Positions 1 to 11,290 of a stretch of 64,000 nucleotides of DNA are shown here, one piece after another; within the stretch, counting starts at the first letter, position 1, and each line of letters begins with the position of its first letter. The notes beneath the pieces were generated by a model, which saw only the letters and a program-made list of their open reading frames with translations, made no database searches and was not told where the DNA came from. The translations under genes were made by a program, and so were the position numbers. Source of the DNA: Harriotta raleighana (Eukaryota); the NCBI GenBank assembly GCA_050575255.1, contig JBNZDD010013725.1:4970550-5034549 (forward strand). Reading direction: 5' to 3'.

Positions 1-105
1 AAGTGCGAGCTCCTTCAAGCAACCAGAAGGACACCACATCAACCCATGAAAGTTGAATAAGGAATTTCATTGAGAAACACTATCTTTGTGTAATGAAGTT
101 CATAC

Positions 106-228
106 CTCTCCTGTTCCTGTTGCATTCGTATCCGCTCTTCTTCAGATGGCAGCATTTCTTCCACTTTGCTCTTTGACCCTTTGCGTTCCAGCTTCCCCAT
201 CTTTTCATCCTTACGGTATTTGCCAAAT
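106..228 (-). CDS. PARD3: PARD3 internal coding exon, 123 nt, phase 2-2 (long isoform, start of coiled coil)
   Basis: (R)FGKYRKDEKMGKLERKGSKSKVEEMLPSEEERIRMQQEQE(R), matching PAR-3 FGKHRKDDK...SEEERIRMKQEQER. Acceptor cccaacag|A; donor GAGAG|gtatga. AG|A completes Arg in frame. Confidence 0.94.
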
Positions 229-287
229 CTGTTGGGCACAGTAGATTAATTTAGCATTTAGAACTACTTGCGATTAGTGGTATGACA

Positions 288-572
288 ATTATTTAGCACC
301 CTCCACGCCGGGTAGCGTTTCGGAGCTCTTAACAGTGGCGGAGCCTGACTCCGATACAGGGGATGTTGGGGGAAGGTGGCCATAAGCATGGTCGAAAAGG
401 AAGGTTTTCAGGCAGGACTTGAAGAGGGGGAGAAAAGGAGCACGCGGAGGGATTGAGAGAGAGTGTTCCAGAGTTTGGAGACACAAAGGCTGAAAGTGTA
501 ACCTTAGATGGTGGGGCAGAGGGTGCAAGGGACGAGCAGGAGGCTAGTATTAGTTGAGCCGAGATGCCGGGT
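288..572 (-). mobile_element. L2-clade LINE 3' fragment
   Basis: Similar to other L2 3' ends in the window; minus translation contains FKSCLKTFLFDHAY, typical of the L2 ORF2 C-terminus. Confidence 0.7.
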
Positions 573-583
573 GGTGGTTTGGG

Positions 584-904
584 GAGAGTCGTGCAGCTCA
601 TTGGTTATAGCACTCGCCTTACAAGTGAGAGACGTGGGTTCAATTCCTGGCAGGTCAGGGTGAAACCTTGGGTAATTTTCCTTACTCCACATGCCTGATA
701 ATAATCCCTCAAAAAATTAAAATTAATTGGTCACTCAATTCACAACTGTTTGTGGGACACTACTGTGCGCAATTGGCTGCTGCGTTTCACCCACAAACAT
801 ACAGTCAATTCACTTTACAGTATATTCTGTGCAGTGCTTTGAGAGGTCTAGAAGACGTGAAAAGTGCTATATCAAATGCAAGGATTATTATTATTATAAT
901 TATT
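584..904 (+). mobile_element. tRNA-derived SINE, short/young subfamily, Deu-SINE-like 3' half, (TTA)n tail
   Basis: tRNA-like head with A box (gcagctcattgg) and B box (ggttcaattcc); body gggacactactgtgcgcaattggctgc; tail aaatgcaaggattattatt; many copies in the window. Confidence 0.9.
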
Positions 905-1169
905 GATTACTTAAATGCAAAGACTGCATCAGTGCCATTAAACCATCAACTGAAATGGGCCACATGAACGAGTAGGAGCGAGAGATCCTTTATTTGGTTG
1001 ATCTTTTATAAGTAATCCTCTGTGAAGAGGCTTTTACACCGTATTATAGAGTACATTGCTATGGCGGAACAGATGGTCCCCTAACAGAGCTCATAATTGT
1101 TGAAGCAGCTGGGTAGTGGAAGTTTGATGGAAACTGAACTGTTTTAACCCTCCACAAGTTATGCATACA

Positions 1170-2139
1170 CAGTTAACCCTTGTCGAAGGCGACTTTATCG
1201 ATTGCGAATTCAAATATACGCGAGGAAACAAAAGCATCACTTTTTTGTGCAGCGCGTGTAAAACTTGTGTATACACACTGGCTGGCCCCCACGCGCATGC
1301 GCACGGGTGAAGACACCGATAGTTCCCGACTAAGTCTGATGATTCCTCGGCTGGCTGCTCCCACTCGCATGCGCATTTTGGACAAGGCCGGCAGATCCCG
1401 ACTAAAGCCGAAGCCCCACGCGTGATGCATTCTGGGTAAATAGAATAACGCTTCAGCCTCTGAGAATTTTATTGCGTTGCATTGTAAACAAGACAGAAAG
1501 AGAGACATGAATCGTTCAGCAATGTAGGCTAATCTACCCTGTTGTTTTATTGCTTTACTGCTTTGTTATCATTTTATTATAGCAATAAAACCATAACAAA
1601 GCTGCTGTAACCTTTCTGTGTCTCCTGTCCCCAGCACTCTCCGAGTGGCTCGCACCTCAGCGAGCCCCCCCCCCCACCCCACCTCCGATCAGCTCGCTGG
1701 CCTGCACCTCAGCGAGTCCCCCCATGAACCCGATCGGCTCTCCCCCCCACACCTCAGCGAGCCCCCCGCCTCCGATCGGCTCGCTGTCCCCCACTTCCTC
1801 CAAGCAGTTCTCTGTTTCCCCCCTCACCCTCTCCCCGATTTCTCTCTGCCTCCCTCCCAGGCTGCTCTGATTTGCCCACTTCCTGGGTGGTAGAAGAGAC
1901 AAGAGCTGGAAGAGTGGGGAGGGGAGCAAAAAGAGTGGAGAGAGGAGCGGGCCAACCAGCTTTAGCCCGCCTCAGTAGGTACCTTGCATCGGATATGCTG
2001 GAGGCTTGAGGTGCGACTGCTTGCGACTGGATTCCCTTAACATCCCTTTTCCCATTACTTCTTAAGTTTCTCCAATGCGATTTCGTTGAGTGTGCAGTTT
2101 TCCAGGAATCTAACTCCCGCGATCGACGAGGGTTAACTG
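1170..2139. mobile_element. Non-autonomous Tc1/mariner (Tigger/pogo-like) DNA transposon, ~970 bp
   Basis: TIRs CAGTTAACCCTTGTCGA ... TCGACGAGGGTTAACTG; right flank TA, left flank CA (probable mutated TA); CpG-rich interior. Confidence 0.8.
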
Positions 2140-2896
2140 TACAATACAGTCCCCCACGTTCCTTGCTTGACATCTAAACCAATCTCTGTAAATCGTTCCA
2201 AGATGTTATTCTGTGTGATGGAGGCTACATAAATGCAAAAGCTGTTGGAATTGAAAAGCAGCCTTTGAGTCCAGTAATATTGTGACCAACTAAGCCATCA
2301 GGACCTAAATCACCTTGTTGTGTTCAAGGAAGATCAACAATCTGAATCAACAATATTAGTGTAGCACATTTTACACCAGAAAGACGTTTCAAAGTGCTTC
2401 ACAGGATATGATGTAAAACATAGTAACTATGATTGTTGGAGAACACAATCGAATGTTTAAAAGAGAGATAGACAGACACTTGAGGTTTTAAAGTGGTATG
2501 GCAAAAAGACGAGCAGATTAAAAGATCTTGCAAAAATCGAATGATCTCGTGTAACAGGCCTCCTTCTGCTGTTATGTTCATATTGCAATGTTCAAATGTT
2601 TTGGGATTCCTCCACGATTTGAACTTGGAATTGTTCAAAGGAACAATCATGTTCTTCCCAAACCAAGAGTATTCGATATTGATTGCGTGGAATATTTACA
2701 CTATGCACACCATGGTATTAATGGGATTAACAAACTGTGCCATATTGCAAATGTTCCCGTTGATTGCTCTCTGGAAAGCCCTTTTGAGCTAAAACCATAT
2801 GCAAAAAATAAATTATTACAAAGAAAATCATCAACACAATTTGTTTCCACATACAAATTCTTGGGGCCATCAAATGAGATGAACGCATCAAATGAG

Positions 2897-3010
2897 ATGA
2901 ACGTAGGGACACCGCCACAGAAAAAAAAACTCAGCGAGTGGAACTGAACTTGAACTAGTTCAATTCCACTTGCTGCGTTTTTTTTTGTGTGGAGGAGTCC
3001 GTACGTTCAT
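2897..3010. repeat. Imperfect inverted repeat / hairpin, ~114 bp
   Basis: atgaacgtagggac..ccacagaaaaaaaaactcagcgagtggaactgaact pairs with agttcaattccacttgctgcgtttttttttgtgtgg..gtccgtacgttcat. Confidence 0.85.
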
Positions 3011-4019
3011 TCTAAACTGACTGCAATCAGCATGCTACCAGTTTACAAGCAGCAAAAGATGCACTTCAGGGAGTAGCAGACTATTACAGCAGACAGAAGC
3101 TGACGGGAACTAATGCATGTGCTGCTTTTCACTCATTCAAAAACAAGTCAATTCACTGGGAAACATGCTGTTATAGAATTCGGCTTGAATAAATTCCCAG
3201 GGCATGTTCGGCTGGCATGATTAGTAATACTGTCCACCAGATCAATACTTCATATGAAAACACAAAGCATTATTTTGTGCATTAACTCAAAGCAGAAGGA
3301 AAGATTTAGGGAAGCGCATCTGGAAAGAAACAAATCAATTCTCACATTTTATTCTAAACACTGCACATTTAATTGAGATGATTGTATATGTGCTCTGGTG
3401 CCACCCAGAGCTTTGGTTCATCTGTAAAAACAAGCACTAAATTTTTTTTCTAATTCCATATTTTCCAAATCAGTACCAGGTAAATAAATGTATTTGAACT
3501 CCTATGGGTCGAGTGTCTACTGTCAATTACATTTCAATGTCCTCTGCAGAGTGCTTCCAAAGGCTCAATTGGGAAATGTCAGCCTGGCTCAGCTGGTAGC
3601 ATTCTGATCTCTGATTCAGAGGATTTTGCATTCAAGCTCCTCAATGGGACACTGAGCTCATAGTCTAGTCCGATAAATACTGTACACAGTCCCTACACTT
3701 TCTAATAAATTCTGTGAAGGATATTGAGAAATCACGACAATGTGGTAAGGCGCTAGCTGTAACAGTGTTGGTTGTAAATTCAGTGCATGGTGAGCCAAGC
3801 CATATGCAAGAGAAAAGAACCTGGTCTATAAATTAATTTTGTTGTTGTTGGTCTACAATCAGTTAACTGGACACTTGATAATTGGCTCTAGCGACCCTGT
3901 GCCAGGAAGGAGATCAGAACCCAAACAAACCTATTCTCAAAATTAGTTCAGAACTCAGCAGATTTAATTGAGATCACTGAATGTGTGCTCTCATGCCATT
4001 CAGCACTTGAATCTTTACT

Positions 4020-4350
4020 AATGATCCTTGCATTTGATGTGGCTCTGTATTACGTTATTGGGACGTCTCAAAGCAATTCACAGAATATACTAAAAATGAA
4101 TTGACTGTGCATTTTGTGGGTGAAATGCGGCAGCCAATTGCACAGAACCATGTCCCACAAACAGTCGTTTATTACTCACGGAAAAGTAATCCACCAATCG
4201 TCTAACAACCGGGTTCTTACTTACTGGTTACTTACTAAACAAAGGCTTGTGGAGTAAGGAAACTTATCTGAGATTTCGCCCTGCTTGGGAATTAAACTCG
4301 GGTCCTCTCTCTTGTGAGGCAAGTGCTCTAACCACTGATCTACCGGATTC
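4020..4350 (-). mobile_element. tRNA-derived SINE, long/older subfamily
   Basis: Reverse complement of SINE tail, body and head, including the extra ~60-nt internal segment. Confidence 0.8.
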
Positions 4351-4564
4351 GATTGTAGCGGTCGTTTCTTTATCAGTTCACATTTTCGAAAGGAGCATCC
4401 CTTTAATTTGTACCTCAGGTAAGCTTATGCTTCTAATTGCCACTTATTATCTTTGCTGTAAACCATTATCTTTGCTATAAACTATACCCTAGTGAAAATC
4501 ATAAGGAAATAGGCTTGGTTTGAAGGCTCTCCCTTTCCTGGGATAAAGCAGACATCAGGCACTT

Positions 4565-5100
4565 ACAACAACAACAACAAAATTACACTTGTACAGCACT
4601 TTTCAGGCCAATAGGACGTCCCAAGGTGCTGGATGTCATTGTATTGTTTCAGATCTGAGCTGGGGTCTAGGATTGGGAGGGTGGAGGGAAAGTGGGGTTT
4701 TGGAGTGACTGATGGGACCGTCGAAGAGGAGGGTCTTGAAGCTGGACTTGAAGGAGGCTGGGGAGGGGCAAGATGGAGGGATTGTGGGATGGAGTTCCAG
4801 AGGTTGAGGGAAGAATGGCTGAAGGCTTGCTTGTCAATGGTGGGGTGGATGGGTCGGGGGACATGGAGCAAGCTGGAGCCTGCTGAGCGGAGGGGGATGG
4901 GCAGGTTGGTAGGGGATTAGGAGGTAGCAGAGTTACGGTGGGGCTAGGCCATGGAGGACTTTGAATGTGAGAACCAGAATTGAATCCTCTGAGTGATGGG
5001 GAGGCAATGGATTTGGAAGAGCATGGGGAGATGGGGTCACAAAGCTTGGAGCGATAGAGGATACGGACCGCAGAGTTCTGGACTATGTGGCCTGGAGAGA
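4565..5100 (-). mobile_element. L2 LINE 3' fragment with (TTG)n tail
   Basis: Begins acaacaacaacaaaattacacttgtacagcac; similar to the 3' half of the L2 at 39860-40909. Confidence 0.85.
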
Positions 5101-7503
5101 GAGGTAGCTACAACAACAACAACTTCGATTTATATAACACCCTCCATGCTGGACGGAGTCTCAGAGCGCTTCACAATATCGGATCCCGGGCCCGAGCCAG
5201 TTACCATCCATAGTCCCACGTCAAGAAAAGCTATTTGTGGGTATGGAGAAGAGAACATTACAAGCAGACCACACCCAGGTGCCTCCAGGAGAAGAGAGGC
5301 AAATATATATCAATGAACTGTTCATTAGTTAATCATGTCAGGCATGATGACCAAGGGGTTCCACTAGAATCATAAATCACCTTGGTTTTATAGCCCTCTG
5401 AACCCCAGCATTAAATTGTACTCTTGAACTCACTCCCTCGGGTCCTTTTATAAGACACATGCTTCAGTTTGCTCATCAGCTCTTCATTGCATTTATGAGC
5501 TGTACCTCTGTTGTTGGTGACTGACTGGCGTGCTCAGTCTGCAGTGCAGGCTGATGCTCAGCAGATCACAGCAGTCAGCATAGGCTACAAATGTTAATAC
5601 CGCACGTGCTGCATTTACAGCCGTACTTTACAGAGATCATTCACTGCCTCAGTGAATGTCACCTGTACCATCGACTCAGTCTTAGTCACTCGACCTGGTT
5701 TTCCTTATTCTCTCTCTCTCTCCTCTTTGCCCCCTTCCCAGCCAATTGTATCACTTTCCTACTCGCCTTTCCAAGTATAAAGAGCTCGAGGCTTATGTAA
5801 GTGCAAATTGTAACACTATCCTGCAAAGTAAAGCATGCTCCTCTCCTCAAGGTGCACTGTGCATCAGCTGAACAACCCATTACCAAGAGACAGTGAGAAT
5901 TCATTTGCCAGCTGTCCAAACTTCAGGAGAAGGACAAAGATTCATCTAAAACATCCGATGTTATGAAAAAATTTAAAAGCACAACTAGATACAGTACTGA
6001 GAAAGAGGAAAATCACTACAAGTTCAAATCTATGTGTGTATGTATGTGTGTGAGAGTGCAAAATCAACTTGTGTAAGACAGAGGCTGACAATGCGTATGT
6101 GTTCTGTGTGGCAGTAAAGAGATAAACAGACACACCAGAGAGATACACACCTAGTGTGAATTTGTTTATCATACGTACATCAATGCACACACTGGCATCA
6201 TGCTTTACCATTTGATCTCTTTTGTCATTGATCAGACTCAGTTTATTGTCAGTAAAAGAGTAGTGTATTAAACTTAACAGAGCAGTGAAACCATAGTGCT
6301 TCCAAAATTTATTTTCATAAGAAAAATCTTCGAGGCAGACAATAAAGTAGAATCAACACCATAAAGGCCTTTCAAACTTTCTGAATGCCCAGGATCCGTG
6401 AAATAAATAAAGCAACAATCTGATACGAGTTTTTGTTTTCTAAACCCGGTTCTAAAGTAGTGCTCTTAGAAGGTTAACAAGTCATCGATACAAGAGTGAA
6501 AACAGAGAGGACTTCACTGGGAAGCAGCATATGTTTGGTTTTGTTTAAAGATGGAAATATAAATATTATACAGCAAGATTGGATTTCCAAAGCTTAGTTG
6601 TTAGTAGGTGCCCGAGAGTTGAGAGCTGCTAATCACTTATTCAAACATGTGAGTATCCGGAAACGTCTAATTTCCTCCCATGAAAAATGTCACCACTTCG
6701 ACATTCTACAAAGTGGTTCCCAACTTATTACAAACTTAAATTGGTTTCATTCAAAATGATAAAAGGCAGAATGCTGTGTGCTTTTCTCATGGCTGTGCTT
6801 GTTAGATTTCCTCACGCTTAGCAAAAAATATAATTAAATGTTACGACAACACAGATAGCGCACCGTTCTATTTCATCCATCAATGCAGTTGAAGCGGCAT
6901 TATTTAATAATGATAAAAATTCTGCATCTCTATAGTGCTTTTCATGTCAGGGAGGCTTTTTTAATGCACTGCACAGGTTCCATTGTTATGTGTAATGATT
7001 GTATGTTTTGTAGGCCAAAGCGGTAGCTAATTTTCATACAGTAATAGCCTTACATTTGATATTGCTCATTAGCACATTTTCGAGACATCTCAAAGCCGTT
7101 CACAGAATGTAACGTAAAGCGAATTGACTGTGTATTTTGTGAATGACCAACGTTATGTGGGGTATTGTTGGTTCGACACCAGAAGAAACTCCCTTCACTT
7201 TTCGGGAAGTGCCACGTGAACTTTTTCATCCACCTGAACAGACAAGACAGCTCCATAGTTTAAATGGCTAATCCGAATGACAGCACCTGCCCACCCCCAA
7301 CCTTGTCTTGAAGCAGTGCTTGAACCCACAACCTTGTGACTCATAGGTGAAAATCCTATCAACTGAGTAAAAAAATACTTTCTGTTATAAACTTGCCCTG
7401 CATTTCCTGGGGTCTTCAAGCCTAAACCTCTTGTCAACTTACATTAAAATTTTTGGAACAATCCTAGGCTAATGGGGAGAGTCCCTCTGGGCAGAGAGTC
7501 CAT

Positions 7504-7680
7504 AACAACAACAACAAATTACACTTGTAAAGCGCCTTTCACGTCGGGAGGACGTCCCAAAGCGCTGAACAGAAGGTCGGGACTCGAGCAAGGGGGGGAT
7601 TGCGGGTAGTGGGAGGGAGAAGGAGAGTGGGAAGATAGGTCGAAGAGGAAGGTCTTGAGACTGGCCTTGAAGGAGGAAAG
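7504..7680 (-). mobile_element. L2 LINE 3' end fragment
   Basis: (CAA)n followed by attacacttgtaaagcgcctttcacgtcgggaggacgtccc, the L2 tail seen throughout the window. Confidence 0.8.
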
Positions 7681-9964
7681 CAATGGAAATTTTTGTACAT
7701 ATGTGTATAAAACATATACAATTTTGGTAGTTTAGTTTGGATACTTTCCAATTAGGTAAGCAGTAAGTGTCGTTCCATGGAGAGAGCGTGTATTGCATTG
7801 CAACACATTGTGAATTTCCACGTGTAGGTGTGGAACTCTTGGTTTGGATACTCGCATGTATCCGACACCTGGTTGATCAAAAAAACTTTAGTTTCCATGG
7901 CAAACTGGCGAAAAGTGAAAACACACACCGTACATGGTTCCTTCGTCAGTTGTTAAAGGCCTTATTATTTTTACACTGACCATATTTGCAGCGTTAAAAA
8001 GCCACACGAGAAGGAAGTCTCTTTTTCGTGAATGTGGGCAAAGGAGTTATTTCTCCCCTAAAACACCCACCGATCCTTGTGAATAAAATATGAGAAATAC
8101 ATATGCAATTTACACAGGCAACTGAACAATCCTCAATATCACATGGTGCCTCCACAAAATGCATTTTGTGCTATAGTGCACAAGATTGCTTGGTACATTA
8201 CCATCAGTGCCGATGTTAATAGCAGAAACAGAATCACTGTGAATAGACTTAAGCTTTTAGTCTAAAGCCTGGGATTGGTGGGAGATCTGCTGCATATAAT
8301 TTTTTTTAAGTTTTCAAAACTAAAAACCATTAGATTTCTACACATTAGAAAATAGCTGAACCACTAAGCAATATGTAACCACTTGAAAACATTTTTAAAA
8401 AATTCTCAAACCCCCTCAGTTAATGCCATGATACCATATTTATACAACAATTGCATCTCATCATATGACAAAAGGCTAAAATATCTTTTTTGCAGTCCCT
8501 TGAGAAAAGATATTGTATCAACCATAAGGAGACTATCATTATATTACATTGTATTTTTCAAAATTTGGCTCAACTCCACAATAACTAAAATGCAGTGCAG
8601 TTACAAACATGGGGGATATTATTACAAAAAGAACACTTCGGAGATTTAGAGACTACATAGTCCACAAACAGATTTTAAGCAAACCTAAAATAACAGGAAA
8701 ATTCCAATCATTAACTGAATAACCAACTTAATCTATGTGCATTTTTACCAATTAATTTATTATCTGACATAATGCACCCTTATGTGCTCTGAGACATTGT
8801 ACACTATTAGAATCTCAGACGAACCAAAGAAACACAAGTAATGTCACAGGCAGAATTATCAAGTTATTGAGTTATACATTTTACTTTACAATTGCCCAAC
8901 CTTCCTCTGCCTTTAGAAAGGCCCCAGCAAGATTACTGTATATTTTTTTCCATTCAATTTCATCTTTCATGTAGAGTGGACATCACAAAGCACTTTGGAC
9001 AAACTACTGGGAACCGAGGCTGGCCTTAGGAGAACTAAGGGGAGGCAAAGTGATCAAAAGGATGGTCAAATAAAGGAGGATTTGGAAGTGGAGAGGCAGC
9101 AGAGAAATGGAGCTTCAGGATGGAGCTCCAGAGAGCAGAGCAGAGTAGCTGAATCCATTCCATTCCTTGCTCATTTTAGGAATTTGAAGACAATTAGTTA
9201 TTCTGCACTGAATTTCCCTTGGTGTGATGTATGGAATATTTTCTTTAGAAAACCATTGAAGTGGTGCATAAAGCAACATTTAATATTGCATTATACATTT
9301 GTTTTCTTTCCCTCCTAGCAAAAACGCTCCATAGATAACATGCGTGGGTTATAAAACTATAATTTATATCTCCTTTAATCTTTCACATTTAATTAACTTC
9401 AGCATTTTTATCATTTCCAACTGTGATACTGCGCAGCAGACTGCACTGATGACATTATGATGGTTTTTTTTTGCACGGTAATGCACCAAATTGACAACTC
9501 TGTCTCAAGTTCCTGCCAAATTAGTTACAGACCAGTAATTTTGCATTGAAGATCTAAGCATTCCTTAATAAATAATGTGGGGACGACACTACTGTGTATA
9601 GCTGCAGGGCTGTATACTTTCTATGCATAGTTAATATATGCATGCCCACTCCTCAATATTTACATAATACATATTTTGAGGTCTGGATTACTTTCTTCCT
9701 GAAATCAACTCACAGTATCTTATTTCAAGATCTCTGAAATTTGGTTTATATAATTGTGTTGCATGGAAGGTTGTATAATTATGCAGTACAGTCCATTATT
9801 TATTTTTTAAAACTTGTCACATTTTAGCCCACAAATATACAATCAATTCACTTTACAGTGTATTCTGTGAAGCGCTTTGTGACATCTCAACAATGTGATA
9901 AGGATCTATATCAAATGCAAGGATTATTATTAGGGATTAAGTACCGAATATGCAAATTCTTTGC

Positions 9965-10512
9965 TTGTCGGCCTCAACTGCTCTTCAACTGCTCCACAAG
10001 ATGCAGATTATCCAGAACTCCGCCCATGTCCTCTCACGCACTAGGCTCCATGACCATATCACCCCCATCCTCGCACAACCTCACTGGCTTCCGATCACAC
10101 AGAGGATATAATTCAAGATCCTGGTCTTCACATTCAAAGCCTTCCATGAATTTGCTCCTGCCTATCTCTGCAAAGTCCTAGCCCCCTACCAATCTGCCCG
10201 CTCCCTCGGCTCAGCGGGCTCCAGCCTGCTTCACGTCCCTCGCTTTGCCTGCCCCACCATTAGCAGGCAGGTTAATTCCAGCCACTCTATCCTCACTCTC
10301 TGGAACTCCATCCCGCAATCCATTTCTCTCGCCCTATCCCTTGTCTCCTTGAAGGTTCTCCACTTTGACTGTGCTTTGGATCAACCTACTTCCCCCCATT
10401 GCCCTCCACCCTTCCCAATCCCAAACTCAGATTTGGAATACTGTCTGTCCAGTGCCTTGGGATGGCCTCCGGATGTGAAAGGCACTATAAAATTGTAATA
10501 TTGTTGTTGTTG
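9965..10512 (+). mobile_element. L2 LINE 3' fragment
   Basis: ttcaagatcctggtcttcaca...ccagtgccttgggatggcctccggatgtgaaaggcactataaaattgtaatattgttgttgttg; aligns by eye with 40400-40909. Confidence 0.85.
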
Positions 10513-10806
10513 TAGGAGTGTGAGGACTGAAGGAAAAGCTATTAAGGGATACAAAATGGACAATGTATCATAGCATTCCATTTGATATTTTAAAAATTTA
10601 TTTTCTGCATTGTCTGTACATTGAAAGTACTATACAGCGTATACTTATTACAATACTGCCAGACTCCTTTTTAACTTCCTTTATTCTTAATTCAATTCCA
10701 TGCTTTGGATACTCAAGAGAACAAAATCTACTTGTGAGTAATATACTTATCAATATAACATTTAATTTCCTATGTGTTTGTTCAGTTTCATTAGTGATCT
10801 AAATCC

Positions 10807-11079
10807 TTATACAGTACAAATCTTTTGCTGCATCTTCCAACTCCAATGCTCCCTTTCTTTATTGCTTTCGTCTGGAAATTTGACTATCCTACAGCTAGTT
10901 TCTATATTCAAGTCATTTATGTAGATGAGAAATAACAAGGATTGAAGTGCTGACAGATCTTGTGGAACTCCACTCATCACATTGCCCATTCTGGAATTAA
11001 CCAGTTTCTTATCCTCCCAGGTTTCCAGTTCAATTAGAAGTCTTTCATGTGAAACTTTGTCAAAAGCTTTTGAAACCAC
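10807..11079 (-). mobile_element. Degraded CR1 LINE reverse-transcriptase fragment
   Basis: Translation contains SKAFDKVSH, SGVPQ, LFLIYINDL, KFPDES (degenerate KFADDT). Confidence 0.8.
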
Positions 11080-11104
11080 ATAAACTGTATTACAGGAACT
11101 ATCG

Positions 11105-11290
11105 GGAGACCTGTAGCATAGTGGTTACCACACTCACCTCGCAAGCGAAAAGACCCAGGTTTGTTTCCTGGCAGTGCAAAACCTTAGACTAGTTTCCTTA
11201 CTTCATATGCCCCTGTTTACCTAGCATTAAGTAGGAATCTGGTTGGCAGATTGTTTGGGTGATTATTCAGGGATGATCACCCTTCCTAAG
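11105..11290 (+). mobile_element. tRNA-derived SINE 5' half, long subfamily
   Basis: tRNA head followed by cccctgtttacctagcattaagtagg internal segment. Confidence 0.75.

Noticed and set aside
584-660. tRNA genes at SINE heads (also 21090-21166, 23362-23435, 36787-36855, 52480-52559)
   Set aside because: They continue into a shared SINE body and tail and lack an intact acceptor stem; SINE heads, not functional tRNAs.
1652-1786. Repeat-spacer-like pattern suggestive of a CRISPR array
   Set aside because: Vertebrate intron, irregular C-rich spacers, inside a TIR element, no cas genes.
2493-2947. Overlapping 99-aa and 119-aa plus-strand ORFs as a transposase or gene
   Set aside because: No motif I can recognise; lengths are within chance expectation.
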